Source: Escherichia phage WG01
Reading direction: 5' to 3' (one strand)
DNA length: 64,000 nt
Sequence record: NC_031928.1
The notes beneath the pieces were generated by a model that saw only the letters and a list, made by a program, of their open reading frames with translations, had not been told where the DNA came from and searched no databases. The position numbers and the translations under genes are program-made. Shown piece by piece: positions 29,562 through 37,949 of this stretch (the stretch's first letter is position 1; each line of letters starts with the position of its first letter).

Positions 29562-31457
29562 CTATTTAAATAAATTTGCTAATTTTTCCATAGAATCTTC
29601 ATACATAATTCTATCATAATTTCCAAACGAGAATCCGGTGCTATATGAATTTTCCTCTGTGATTTGCTCGGTAGCTACAACTTCACATTCCACTAAAACA
29701 TATTTACCAATTGAACCCATAGGTCCCTTGGAAGCACCGTATACTTTATTAATCTTAAGCATAACCCCACGAGGAAGAATTACTTCGGTTTCTGTAGACC
29801 AATTAGCCAAGTCACCGGGCACAATAACCTTAATTTTATCAGCACCTTTAATAATTAACCCTAGCTTAATGGTATCTCTAGCACTTCCGGTCGCACTTTT
29901 AATGGTGTCTTCAAGATTACTATCTATATCGCTAGAAAGAGCTTCAGGGTCTAAGTTGGATTGAGCATGACCCATTTCACCGAAAATATTAGGAGCCAAT
30001 GAAGTTGATGCAAAAATAGGAAGATACATCACCTTATGTTTTATAGAATTCAAAGCCATTTCGGTAGGCATTATCTGAGAACGATACACTATGGTTCCTT
30101 TAGGAAGTTTTGTACCATTTTCAAATGTAGAATCCAACTCACCAATCATTTTTATCATTTCATCGGTGGTATCTGTTTTACCTAGCAAAAAGTTGTTTAT
30201 ATGGTTGTAGCCGCCACGAGTATACTTTTTGACTGCCTCTTCTTGAGGTTTGGATAAATTAGGATTATCAGATATCTTAAACAACGGTTGGATAGATTTT
30301 GTATAAACTGCTACTAAGGATTTTATTACTTCCTTGATTTTAGATTCTCTAGCCCAAGTACCTTTAACTGAATCATCTAAAAGGGCCGCAGCGACTAGTC
30401 TAAGAATGTCTACATGAGATTTACCTGATTTTAAAGCCTCTATGACACTATTAGATTTATCTAAAGAATCTGATGCCTCTAAAGCAAACTTTATATCAGC
30501 AATTAGTTTAAGTTTGCGCTCGTCTACTTCAAATGATGGATTAACACCGTTAAAAATATAATCCAAATATTCTGCCATTTCTTTAGAGGCGTCTTTTAAT
30601 ATTTTATTACTGGCTAAAGCTATTTGGCTTTCTTTAGAATCTTCAGAAGAATGAACGGAACTAGTAGCAGAATAATCTGCATAAGCTTTTTTGTGCTCTG
30701 CCGAAAATTTACTCAATCCTGTAGGCTCGGCGGTAGAATATAACGCATTTATAGCGGCCCGTTTAGAAACCTTAGTCTTGGTTATAACCATTTTATCAGA
30801 ACGTGATTTTTCTATTTCGTCTATAGACTTAGCTATAGCTTCTAATTTGGTAACATCTTCGCCTGTTTTCTTTGAAACATACACATCACCGACTTCAGAT
30901 TCGACTTTAGTATACAATTCCGGATTAATATTAGGAATACCGTTTATTGATTCTATATTTTTATTTTTACGATAGATAAAAACATATGAATGTTTGCCTG
31001 TATATTGATACAAGGCATCAAGGACCTTGAATTGCCCACCTGCTCTAGTAGCTATTAATTTGGCTAGAACTCGTTGTACAGCTTTTTCCTGACCTTTCAT
31101 TTTCTTAGTAGGAAAACGGAACATAACGGCATCCATACGGAGCTTTTTAACTTGTTCATAAACCGTATCAAATATAGAACGAATAGCGGAAATGGGGTTA
31201 CTACCTAAACCACCTTTGAGTTCTGCCGGGGCCCCTTTAGATGATAGGCTCATTAAAATAATATGAACGTATTTGTCACCCGGTTTAACTTGGCGGATTG
31301 TATCACCTTCAGAAGTATATGAAACCATGCGTGCAACAAGGTTCTCATTACCTTCAGCCTTTATATTCCAAATCTGTGGTACTTTAAGTTTAGGGTTTAA
31401 ATTGACAGCTGATAAATCTATAGCGCCGTCAAATACCTCATTCAATTGTTCGGACAT
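29562..31457 (-). CDS. alt: Alt-like ADP-ribosyltransferase, paralog 3
   Basis: 631 aa; motifs YRSQ, FASTSL, ETEVILPRG; SD AAGAGGAA. Confidence 0.85.
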   Translation of the reverse strand: MSEQLNEVFDGAIDLSAVNLNPKLKVPQIWNIKAEGNENLVARMVSYTSEGDTIRQVKPGDKYVHIILMSLSSKGAPAELKGGLGSNPISAIRSIFDTVYEQVKKLRMDAVMFRFPTKKMKGQEKAVQRVLAKLIATRAGGQFKVLDALYQYTGKHSYVFIYRKNKNIESINGIPNINPELYTKVESEVGDVYVSKKTGEDVTKLEAIAKSIDEIEKSRSDKMVITKTKVSKRAAINALYSTAEPTGLSKFSAEHKKAYADYSATSSVHSSEDSKESQIALASNKILKDASKEMAEYLDYIFNGVNPSFEVDERKLKLIADIKFALEASDSLDKSNSVIEALKSGKSHVDILRLVAAALLDDSVKGTWARESKIKEVIKSLVAVYTKSIQPLFKISDNPNLSKPQEEAVKKYTRGGYNHINNFLLGKTDTTDEMIKMIGELDSTFENGTKLPKGTIVYRSQIMPTEMALNSIKHKVMYLPIFASTSLAPNIFGEMGHAQSNLDPEALSSDIDSNLEDTIKSATGSARDTIKLGLIIKGADKIKVIVPGDLANWSTETEVILPRGVMLKINKVYGASKGPMGSIGKYVLVECEVVATEQITEENSYSTGFSFGNYDRIMYEDSMEKLANLFK

Positions 31458-31485
31458 AATAATTCCTCTTTAATAACCTTATTTA

Positions 31486-31507
31486 TGCCAGAAAAGGCCC
31501 GAAGGCC
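31486..31507 (-). terminator. terminator between ligase operon and alt cluster
   Basis: GGCC-CGAA-GGCC (UUCG on minus strand) followed by TTTTC. Confidence 0.5.
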
Positions 31508-31690
31508 TTAAAGTGGTAGCAACGTACGGTATACTTCAAATTTAGGACCCTTTTCATAGCGGTCGAAATTATCTTTAAAATCAGCGAATGCGATTTCATT
31601 TTCAAATTCAAGGACAATTTGGGACACTGCAGTGGAGACATCCCCACCTTCTTTATATCCAATAACCACGGTTTCTAAATAAGCTTTCAT
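31508..31690 (-). CDS. hypothetical small protein (60 aa)
   Basis: ATG 1 nt after the ligase stop (TAATATG); ORF-track N-terminal extension overlaps the ligase gene. Confidence 0.5.
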   Translation of the reverse strand: MKAYLETVVIGYKEGGDVSTAVSQIVLEFENEIAFADFKDNFDRYEKGPKFEVYRTLLPL

Positions 31691-31691
31691 A

Positions 31692-33215
31692 TTATAGTCC
31701 AGTTTGAGACCAATCACCAAATACATCTTCAAATGTATCAGCTTCTGTTTTATCGAAACGCCAACCTTTAATGATTGGAAGGAAAATACCTACAGTATCG
31801 GTACGTCCTTTAGAATGAACCCAACCATTACATTCACAGTCAGCAATACGTCCAATCAACTTACCTTCACGAGCTTGTTTCATAAGAAGTTCACGGTCTA
31901 AATCAGGACGGTCTTCCAATGGAATCAATACTTTTTTACCTGATTTATCTTTCTTATGGGTGGTATCTTTAAAGCCTGAACCACAGTCGCTTGTAATTCG
32001 ACGACAACGTGATACCAACTCGACACCACCTAGCTTGTTAGGGTCCTTCGAGTGTTCATAATAACCCACCACTTCTAAAGCAATATCGATTACTTCTTTG
32101 AACTTGATAAGATTCTTAGAACGACGGTTTTCCCAGTAGGAGTCCATGTTCTTAAGGATAATGCCTTCCAGACCTTGGTCGACATATTTCTTATAAACGA
32201 CTTTAGCTTCTTCAAGATTATTAACCCACTGGTTTTCGATAGCTTCAACACGCGTTGTACCATGCGATACGACATTATGAGCAACCATAAGTTCTAAGGC
32301 TGTAAAGCGTACATCATACTTATCGCCTTTAATTTTACCTTCGGAATATACGACATCCAATGGGACATAATCCCATGCCTGTAATACCATACCAGCGGCT
32401 TCAGTAGCCGAAATAGTTCCTTGAAGAGCTTTGTTAGCCAAGCCATTTGACGTAGAACGATCGGCGACAGTTTGGAATTCCTTAGCCTTACTTAATTCAG
32501 GAAGTTCCTCGTCAAACATACTAAACAAATCATTAGATGCTTTAGGTTCTACCTTAGGAGTATGGTAAACTAATTCGCCATCAATCATAACGCCATTAGG
32601 ATGGCGTTGTCGAGCTTCTTCGGTCATGGCCATTAATTCAGCCGCCAAAAGATTAAGCCCTTGATATTCGTTACCACCACGAGTAAGGAATGTCACACCA
32701 TCGTTACGAACTTCGGCAAAACAACGAGCACCATCAGCTTTTAATTGAGCAAACGCTGGCCATTTAATATTTTTCTTAATCAAAGCTTCATCATAAGAAC
32801 TCGCCAACATCTGCGGTTGTTCAGGGATTAAACCTTTCCAAACCTTGTTAGCAATAGAAATCGATGCACCACATTCAAGGTCGCGCATCATTACACGACG
32901 TAATACCTCGGCATCCGGGGCCTTAGCATCAGCAATGATTTGAGCCAGTTCTTCAATAGCCGCATTACCCGTAATCTTACGTGTGGCTAATGTGAATTCA
33001 GCGAAATCAAGAAGGTCTTCAAGAGTAATCATACCAAAGGATTGAGATGTAAATCCAGGTTCTGGCCACTTTTTAATACCGTAGTTCAGACGACGGGTAT
33101 AAGCCATACGATAAACACGTTTCAGAAGCTCATTGTTCTTTTCACGAGCAATAATGGCTTCTTTAGCTTTAGTAGAATCAATAGCAGCAATTTCGTTTAA
33201 AATATCTAAAATCAT
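31692..33215 (-). CDS. 30: ATP-dependent DNA ligase
   Basis: Start moved to ATG 33215 (MILDILNEIA..., SD GAGGTGA) matching recalled T4 gp30 N-terminus; KADGAR adenylation motif. Confidence 0.92.
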   Translation of the reverse strand: MILDILNEIAAIDSTKAKEAIIAREKNNELLKRVYRMAYTRRLNYGIKKWPEPGFTSQSFGMITLEDLLDFAEFTLATRKITGNAAIEELAQIIADAKAPDAEVLRRVMMRDLECGASISIANKVWKGLIPEQPQMLASSYDEALIKKNIKWPAFAQLKADGARCFAEVRNDGVTFLTRGGNEYQGLNLLAAELMAMTEEARQRHPNGVMIDGELVYHTPKVEPKASNDLFSMFDEELPELSKAKEFQTVADRSTSNGLANKALQGTISATEAAGMVLQAWDYVPLDVVYSEGKIKGDKYDVRFTALELMVAHNVVSHGTTRVEAIENQWVNNLEEAKVVYKKYVDQGLEGIILKNMDSYWENRRSKNLIKFKEVIDIALEVVGYYEHSKDPNKLGGVELVSRCRRITSDCGSGFKDTTHKKDKSGKKVLIPLEDRPDLDRELLMKQAREGKLIGRIADCECNGWVHSKGRTDTVGIFLPIIKGWRFDKTEADTFEDVFGDWSQTGL

Positions 33216-33225
33216 AATCACCTCA

Positions 33226-33504
33226 TTAGTCATGGATTCTATTATAAGCCACATCAGCCAAAAGCAAGTCTAATCGCTTATGATAAGAGAACACAAATCT
33301 CATTCGCCCATCAGATTTGAACTTGGACATAAAGTGGACATAAATGAATCCCTGTTCGACGCATTCGCGCCAAACAGGATGGTCTTTAGCCGGATTTACA
33401 TCAAATGAGTAATCATGATTCACATGACGAATAAACTGGTTTACATGACCATAATCCATTGTAGTGGTAGGACCATAGTCTGAAATTGTATGAACTACAA
33501 ACAT
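33226..33504 (-). CDS. hypothetical protein (92 aa), 30.1 position
   Basis: Internal ATG 33504, one nt after the upstream stop. Confidence 0.45.
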   Translation of the reverse strand: MFVVHTISDYGPTTTMDYGHVNQFIRHVNHDYSFDVNPAKDHPVWRECVEQGFIYVHFMSKFKSDGRMRFVFSYHKRLDLLLADVAYNRIHD

Positions 33505-33505
33505 A

Positions 33506-34144
33506 TTAACCTCGAGCAATCCATTCAACTGCGGCATTATTACGAAGGGATTCGATTGCTGCGATATCGTCCCATGAATTAACCTTTACGGCTAAATTAG
33601 GTTTAAAGTCACGTTCACCACGAGCTAACCAATAAACTTGGATATCCATGAGAACATTAGATGCAGCATCACAGTGGTGAGCCAAATCATCAACATAAAA
33701 CTTAATACGTTTACCGTAAGTATTTTTAGCTCTTATGAAGAGGTCTTCTTTTGATTCTGAATGACCACACATCAGAATCTCCTTGAATGCGCCAGGGAAC
33801 AAAGCATTCAAATTGAATTGTCTATTCAGCAGGGCATCAATTGAGTCGCCTAGCGCAGTCACGGCTACAAAATCGAAGTCTTTTTTGAGCCTGTTGATAT
33901 GTTTTAATGCGTCCATGTAAGGAGACAGATAACGAATAAAATCTGACTGATTATATTTCTCGATTAAACGAGCGCCTAATTCATTATCACAATTAAACAG
34001 CTCGCCTGGAGATAAGAAACGTTCGTCCTGAATCATATTCAAAATATGTTCTAAAGGCAAATTATATTTCTGTGCGAAATAAGGCAAGCCGGACTGCCAA
34101 CTTAAACATACTCCATCGATATCTGTTAAGATAACTGGTTTCAT
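33506..34144 (-). CDS. HAD-superfamily hydrolase-like protein (possible deoxyribonucleotidase-type)
   Basis: 212 aa; N-terminal LTDIDGVCL resembles the HAD DxDG[VT] nucleophile motif. Confidence 0.55.
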   Translation of the reverse strand: MKPVILTDIDGVCLSWQSGLPYFAQKYNLPLEHILNMIQDERFLSPGELFNCDNELGARLIEKYNQSDFIRYLSPYMDALKHINRLKKDFDFVAVTALGDSIDALLNRQFNLNALFPGAFKEILMCGHSESKEDLFIRAKNTYGKRIKFYVDDLAHHCDAASNVLMDIQVYWLARGERDFKPNLAVKVNSWDDIAAIESLRNNAAVEWIARG

Positions 34145-34599
34145 AATAAATCTCTCAATTTGTTTAGGATGTCGATAAACTCTTTTTCAGTTAGTATTGT
34201 ATCACATTCTGTAAGGTGGCTCGCCATCGAATGCTTTAAAACTTTGCCCTTTGTAGCTTGTAATGCGTCGCGGAATCCTTTGTTTTGGAGCGCTGCTTCA
34301 AAATAAGCATTTGTATACAACTCTTTCCATGATGCAGAGTATCTTGAAAAGGGAATTCCAAGCCAGAAAAGCGTCCCACGGTCCGCAGCTCTTGCATAAG
34401 CTCTTCCAGTTTGTTGTGCGGCCAGACCGGACATCCCAAATATACGTTTTTGTTGTTCATGATTTCTCACCTTACACCCTTGGAGGAATCCTTCGAGCCC
34501 TCCAAATTGGATACCATCCATAACGAAAGGCCATTTAGCAAAGTTACTTAATGCACACGATGGCCACGGAAAATTACTTCTGATTTCTAACTCAGACAT
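34141..34599 (-). CDS. NADAR (YbiA-like, DUF1768) domain protein
   Basis: Start at ATG 34599 overlapping the upstream stop (ATGTCTGA); 152 aa; LSNFAKWPF.MDGIQFGGLEGFLQGCKV resembles the E. coli YbiA N-terminal signature. Confidence 0.6.
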   Translation of the reverse strand: MSELEIRSNFPWPSCALSNFAKWPFVMDGIQFGGLEGFLQGCKVRNHEQQKRIFGMSGLAAQQTGRAYARAADRGTLFWLGIPFSRYSASWKELYTNAYFEAALQNKGFRDALQATKGKVLKHSMASHLTECDTILTEKEFIDILNKLRDLL

Positions 34600-34804
34600 C
34601 TTTGACACTGATAATCTTGGTTGCATACCACATGCCATGGTCTGGCAATCTTTCTTTAATTGACTGCCCGCGATATGTTTTTCGCATAACAACAGTTTTA
34701 ATAGCATCTTCATCGCAAGCATATGGCGGTGATAAATCAATAACACGATAAGTCACTTCAACCAGTTCCAAGCCAAACAGCTTTTTAAATAATTTCTTAA
34801 TCAT
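34592..34804 (-). CDS. hypothetical protein (70 aa), tandem paralog A
   Basis: SD AAGGAG; paralogous to the next ORF (shared ...KKL..KL.G.E.VEVTYRV.DLSP...SIK.RLP..G.W....IISVKD). Confidence 0.6.
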   Translation of the reverse strand: MIKKLFKKLFGLELVEVTYRVIDLSPPYACDEDAIKTVVMRKTYRGQSIKERLPDHGMWYATKIISVKDV

Positions 34805-34813
34805 GAAGACTCC

Positions 34814-35026
34814 TTAAATATCTTTGACACTGATAATCTCTACATCAGCCCAATGACCATAACCAGGTAGACGGTCTTTAATAGATAATCCGCCGTCAGA
34901 TTTCAGCATTTTAATTGTTTTAGTATATGGTTCATCTTGTGGATGCACAGGAGATAAATCAGTTACACGATAAGTCACTTCGACCATTTCCGTACCTAAT
35001 AATTTCTGAATCAATTTCTTAAACAT
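34814..35026 (-). CDS. hypothetical protein (70 aa), tandem paralog B
   Basis: SD GAGGA; paralog of 34592-34804. Confidence 0.6.
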   Translation of the reverse strand: MFKKLIQKLLGTEMVEVTYRVTDLSPVHPQDEPYTKTIKMLKSDGGLSIKDRLPGYGHWADVEIISVKDI

Positions 35027-35027
35027 A

Positions 35028-35222
35028 TTATCCTCGCTTTAAACATTTGATTACAGACAGTTCACCGCCCATGCGAACGTCTTCAGTTCCATCGACCCAT
35101 AAGACGGTGTAGGCTTCTTTAATAGTAACATTACCTAATTTAAAAGCAGGTAGAACCTTTGAAATCATTCCAGGAATACCTACGCCTTTTAACTGGACTG
35201 TTTGCGATAAAAATAGTTGCAT
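35028..35222 (-). CDS. hypothetical protein (64 aa)
   Basis: TAATG coupled to upstream ORF; SD GAGG. Confidence 0.4.
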   Translation of the reverse strand: MQLFLSQTVQLKGVGIPGMISKVLPAFKLGNVTIKEAYTVLWVDGTEDVRMGGELSVIKCLKRG

Positions 35223-35509
35223 TAGAACCTCATCTGAAAGCCGTGTGATTTAACATTACCACCATAGATGTCAGAGGTATTGACTTCACGGGCGACACTT
35301 GGGTCGATATTGATATCATGGTTTAGCTTAGTGATTGCTAAGGTATCACGACCATTAACAGTACGGAATTCTACTGGACATACAACATCAGCATAGGCCT
35401 TAATAGATTCACGAGTAGGTTGTTTGTCGGCAGGAACGTCTTTACCTGCTTTAGAGAAAACAACTTCACAGAAATTTTTACGAGTATCGAAATAAGTGGT
35501 CATAAACAT
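35222..35509 (-). CDS. hypothetical protein (95 aa)
   Basis: Internal ATG 35509 with SD GAGGAAA; ORF-track extension overlaps a GGAGGC-UUCG-GCCUCC hairpin. Confidence 0.45.
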   Translation of the reverse strand: MFMTTYFDTRKNFCEVVFSKAGKDVPADKQPTRESIKAYADVVCPVEFRTVNGRDTLAITKLNHDINIDPSVAREVNTSDIYGGNVKSHGFQMRF

Positions 35510-35524
35510 AATATTTTCCTCAAA

Positions 35525-35540
35525 GGAGGCCGAAGCCTCC
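35525..35540 (-). promoter_or_regulatory. intercistronic UUCG-tetraloop hairpin
   Basis: Minus-strand GGAGGC-UUCG-GCCUCC between two coupled small ORFs. Confidence 0.5.
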
Positions 35541-35550
35541 ATTTTTAAGA

Positions 35551-35916
35551 TTAGATGTCGAATTCGTTCAGAACTACATCAAAGATTGCTTCCAGGTGTT
35601 CAGGTTTAGCTCGGTTGCTCAGGATGTGACGAATCCAAGTTTTAACCAGAAGCTTACGATTAACACCGTTCCAGCAAGGATGGGTACCTAAATCACGTTG
35701 ACGGAAATCATCATCTAAAGCGATTTTAAAAGTAGAACCTTCCATTGTGATTGAAACCGTAATACCATTTTCAAAGCGCATATAAACGTAGTTAGGAGTC
35801 ATGCACTGTTCGATTTCGCACACTGTACCGTTTTCGTGTTTCCACAGGCAAATAACTTCGGAAGAACCAGCGATACCGTTAGAAACATATTTACGTTCGA
35901 AGTTGATGTAGTTCAT
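35551..35916 (-). CDS. hypothetical protein (121 aa)
   Basis: Internal ATG 35916 preceded by CTGGAGAATAAAA and a promoter cassette repeated upstream of the next gene. Confidence 0.5.
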   Translation of the reverse strand: MNYINFERKYVSNGIAGSSEVICLWKHENGTVCEIEQCMTPNYVYMRFENGITVSITMEGSTFKIALDDDFRQRDLGTHPCWNGVNRKLLVKTWIRHILSNRAKPEHLEAIFDVVLNEFDI

Positions 35917-35949
35917 TTTTATTCTCCAGTTTGTTTTCGTATTATTTGG

Positions 35950-35990
35950 TACAGGTCTATAATAACACAACCTGTACCAAAGTAAAACAT
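35950..35990 (-). promoter_or_regulatory. early promoter cassette (copy G)
   Basis: -10 TATTATAGACC then leader GTACCAAATAATACGAAAACAAACTGGAGAATAAAA. Confidence 0.45.
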
Positions 35991-36323
35991 TTATTTCACG
36001 ACATTCCAATTTTTCATATCAAGTTTACCAACTTTTTTCATCTGAGCAATCAGACGTTCAGCGCGTGTACGGGCATTAACATAATAGAATTCACCATTTT
36101 TGTTTTCTTCAATACGACCAGTAATTACAGTTTTCAGTTCATAAATCCAACCTGTAAAGAAGTTGTGAAGCTCGATGGTGAATGTAAAATCAGTACCCAT
36201 ACCTTCAGTTGTTTCAACTTCGATGATATCACCTTCAACTGCAGTCAGGACCCACATGGTTTCTTGATATTCACCGTTGAAACATTTAGCTTTAACAGAT
36301 GCATTCAGATTTACAGTTTTCAT
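35991..36323 (-). CDS. hypothetical protein (110 aa)
   Basis: ATG 36323 preceded by CTGGAGAATAAA and a promoter cassette. Confidence 0.5.
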   Translation of the reverse strand: MKTVNLNASVKAKCFNGEYQETMWVLTAVEGDIIEVETTEGMGTDFTFTIELHNFFTGWIYELKTVITGRIEENKNGEFYYVNARTRAERLIAQMKKVGKLDMKNWNVVK

Positions 36324-36354
36324 TTTATTCTCCAGTTTGTTTTAGTATTATTTG

Positions 36355-36395
36355 GTACATGTCTATAGTATCACGCCTACCGGAGATGTATACCC
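36355..36395 (-). promoter_or_regulatory. early promoter cassette (copy F)
   Basis: Extended -10 TGATACTATAGAC then same leader as copy G. Confidence 0.45.
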
Positions 36396-36421
36396 TTTTT
36401 TTTAAAGATTTAGAAACAAAA

Positions 36422-36443
36422 ATGGGACTCCGAAGAGTCCCAT
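36422..36443 (-). terminator. terminator after the 53-aa ORF
   Basis: ATGGGACTC-UUCG-GAGTCCCAT on minus strand followed by T-run. Confidence 0.6.
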
Positions 36444-36446
36444 AAC

Positions 36447-36608
36447 TTATGCCTGAGGCTTACCAAAGCAAGCAGCATCTGCACGCAATACTGCACGAGC
36501 ACGAGCTTGAAGCTTATCAACTACCTGATTGATACGCTTGTTGGACGCACGCTTGTAACCAGCGCGTTTAGAGGTACCGTCAACTACTTTAACTTCTTTC
36601 TTAGCCAT
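36447..36608 (-). CDS. small basic protein (53 aa)
   Basis: Not in ORF track; hand-translated MAKKEVKVVDGTSKRAGYKRASNKRINQVVDKLQARARAVLRADAACFGKPQA; UUCG terminator hairpin immediately after the stop. Confidence 0.45.
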   Translation of the reverse strand: MAKKEVKVVDGTSKRAGYKRASNKRINQVVDKLQARARAVLRADAACFGKPQA

Positions 36609-36870
36609 TTTAAATCTCTTAAATTAGGATGCAGGACTTATTGGCGTTGCCTGCGCAAGCCCTCAAGGGGAACATAGGTTTCGGATATTTAACGACAGGA
36701 TAACCATAAACCTCGTCATCATACCAACCACGACTTAGACAGATAACCTTTTTCTGACGCGTGATAGTACAAAATACATTCAAGAGGTACACCGTAAAAC
36801 TGTTGGGGTCTTAAAACTATAATGATTCGCAAATCATTAATCAAACAGTTCGACGGCTCCTCGATTTAAC

Positions 36871-37119
36871 TTACTTCAGGGTAATAATAAAATGACGTAC
36901 TGCTTTACGAGCTGCTGAAGCCAAAGGCTTAGCAAATTTCAGTTCATCTTTATCTTCCAGTTCAGCAGCCAGAGTAGCCTGAGCAGGATTCAGATGTTTG
37001 AAATAACGCAGGATTTCCAGTGCTTCGGCTTCAACATCAATAGATGCGCCGTAGTTTTCGTGACCGTTGTTCCAAGCGTTGCGTTGCAGTTCAAGAGCGT
37101 GATTCAATTGTTTGTTCAT
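36871..37119 (-). CDS. rIII: rIII lysis-inhibition accessory protein
   Basis: 82 aa, same length as T4 rIII; sequence matches recollection; position before gene 31. Confidence 0.8.
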   Translation of the reverse strand: MNKQLNHALELQRNAWNNGHENYGASIDVEAEALEILRYFKHLNPAQATLAAELEDKDELKFAKPLASAARKAVRHFIITLK

Positions 37120-37257
37120 TTTAGTTTCTCAATTCGAGATAAAGATTGGTGGACACGTTCTTCTGAATTTCACTTCCTTTCGGCAAGTCTCTCAGTTGTA
37201 GTCCACCGCTTAGGATTCTCCGGTTAACTAACTAGTCCGGCAGCCAATCCATATTAT

Positions 37258-37265
37258 TATTTATA
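37258..37265 (-). promoter_or_regulatory. late promoter TATAAATA upstream of rIII
   Basis: Minus-strand TATAAATA about 140 nt upstream of rIII, before a long leader. Confidence 0.4.
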
Positions 37266-37589
37266 TCACTTATAAAGGCAAGGAATAGCTTTATAGTGAC
37301 AGGTAACGAATTTTTGTTTAATTTCTTTAGGTTGTTTAATACCCAATGCAACCAAAGGATGAGGCACGTTAGCAATCTTACCAACAGGAAGTGGAGTCAA
37401 ATCACCTACTTCACAAAAATCTTCAGGGACATCAGGTCCTACAGAATAAATTTCACAAAGTTCAGGGATTTCACCTTGATGAAGTTTGCCAATAACGATA
37501 CCAGATGCAGTAGTTTCTTCATCACCAGCTTGTTTTGGTTCGGAAACGAGAATAACATATTCTCCGACCGCTTTAATAGGAAGTTCCAT
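37266..37589 (-). CDS. 31: co-chaperonin for GroEL (GroES analog)
   Basis: 107 aa; ...[19 protein letters not shown]...[23 protein letters not shown] matches recalled T4 gp31. Confidence 0.9.
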   Translation of the reverse strand: MELPIKAVGEYVILVSEPKQAGDEETTASGIVIGKLHQGEIPELCEIYSVGPDVPEDFCEVGDLTPLPVGKIANVPHPLVALGIKQPKEIKQKFVTCHYKAIPCLYK

Positions 37590-37647
37590 ATTTAATCCAT
37601 ATTGTTTTGTTGATAGATTAATAATAACACGCTATTCTTAAAGCATA

Positions 37648-37947
37648 TTACAGGACAAGCAGAGTTTCAGTCTGAAGGCCGTTAATAGAAATCAGCTTAT
37701 CGAAACGGAATGAGCGCCAATCATTAACCTTGGTATCAAATACTCTGATATAATTAACAGGTTCTTTATTGGCTTCTGGCCCAGGGGCCTGGACTTCTTT
37801 ATACGGCAGCAGGTCTAAGTCGCGAGTACAAGTCATACGACGGGCACTACCATCAGCTTTTTCAAACAGGACTTCGTGAAAACCAACAGACAAAATAGTC
37901 TTGACTTTTTCACGGAGACGAATAGTTTCTTGTTCGGTTAAAATCAT
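37648..37947 (-). CDS. hypothetical protein (99 aa), 31.1 position
   Basis: Minus-strand ORF. Confidence 0.5.
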   Translation of the reverse strand: MILTEQETIRLREKVKTILSVGFHEVLFEKADGSARRMTCTRDLDLLPYKEVQAPGPEANKEPVNYIRVFDTKVNDWRSFRFDKLISINGLQTETLLVL

Positions 37948-37949
37948 AA

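Noticed and set aside
25577-31473. Plus-strand ORFs of 60-155 aa within the alt cluster
   Set aside because: Lie entirely inside the minus-strand alt coding sequences, which are supported by paralogy and catalytic motifs; no SD sequences
34141-34746. 201-aa long form of the NADAR ORF
   Set aside because: Extension overlaps the well-supported 70-aa paralog; start at 34599 is coupled to that gene's stop
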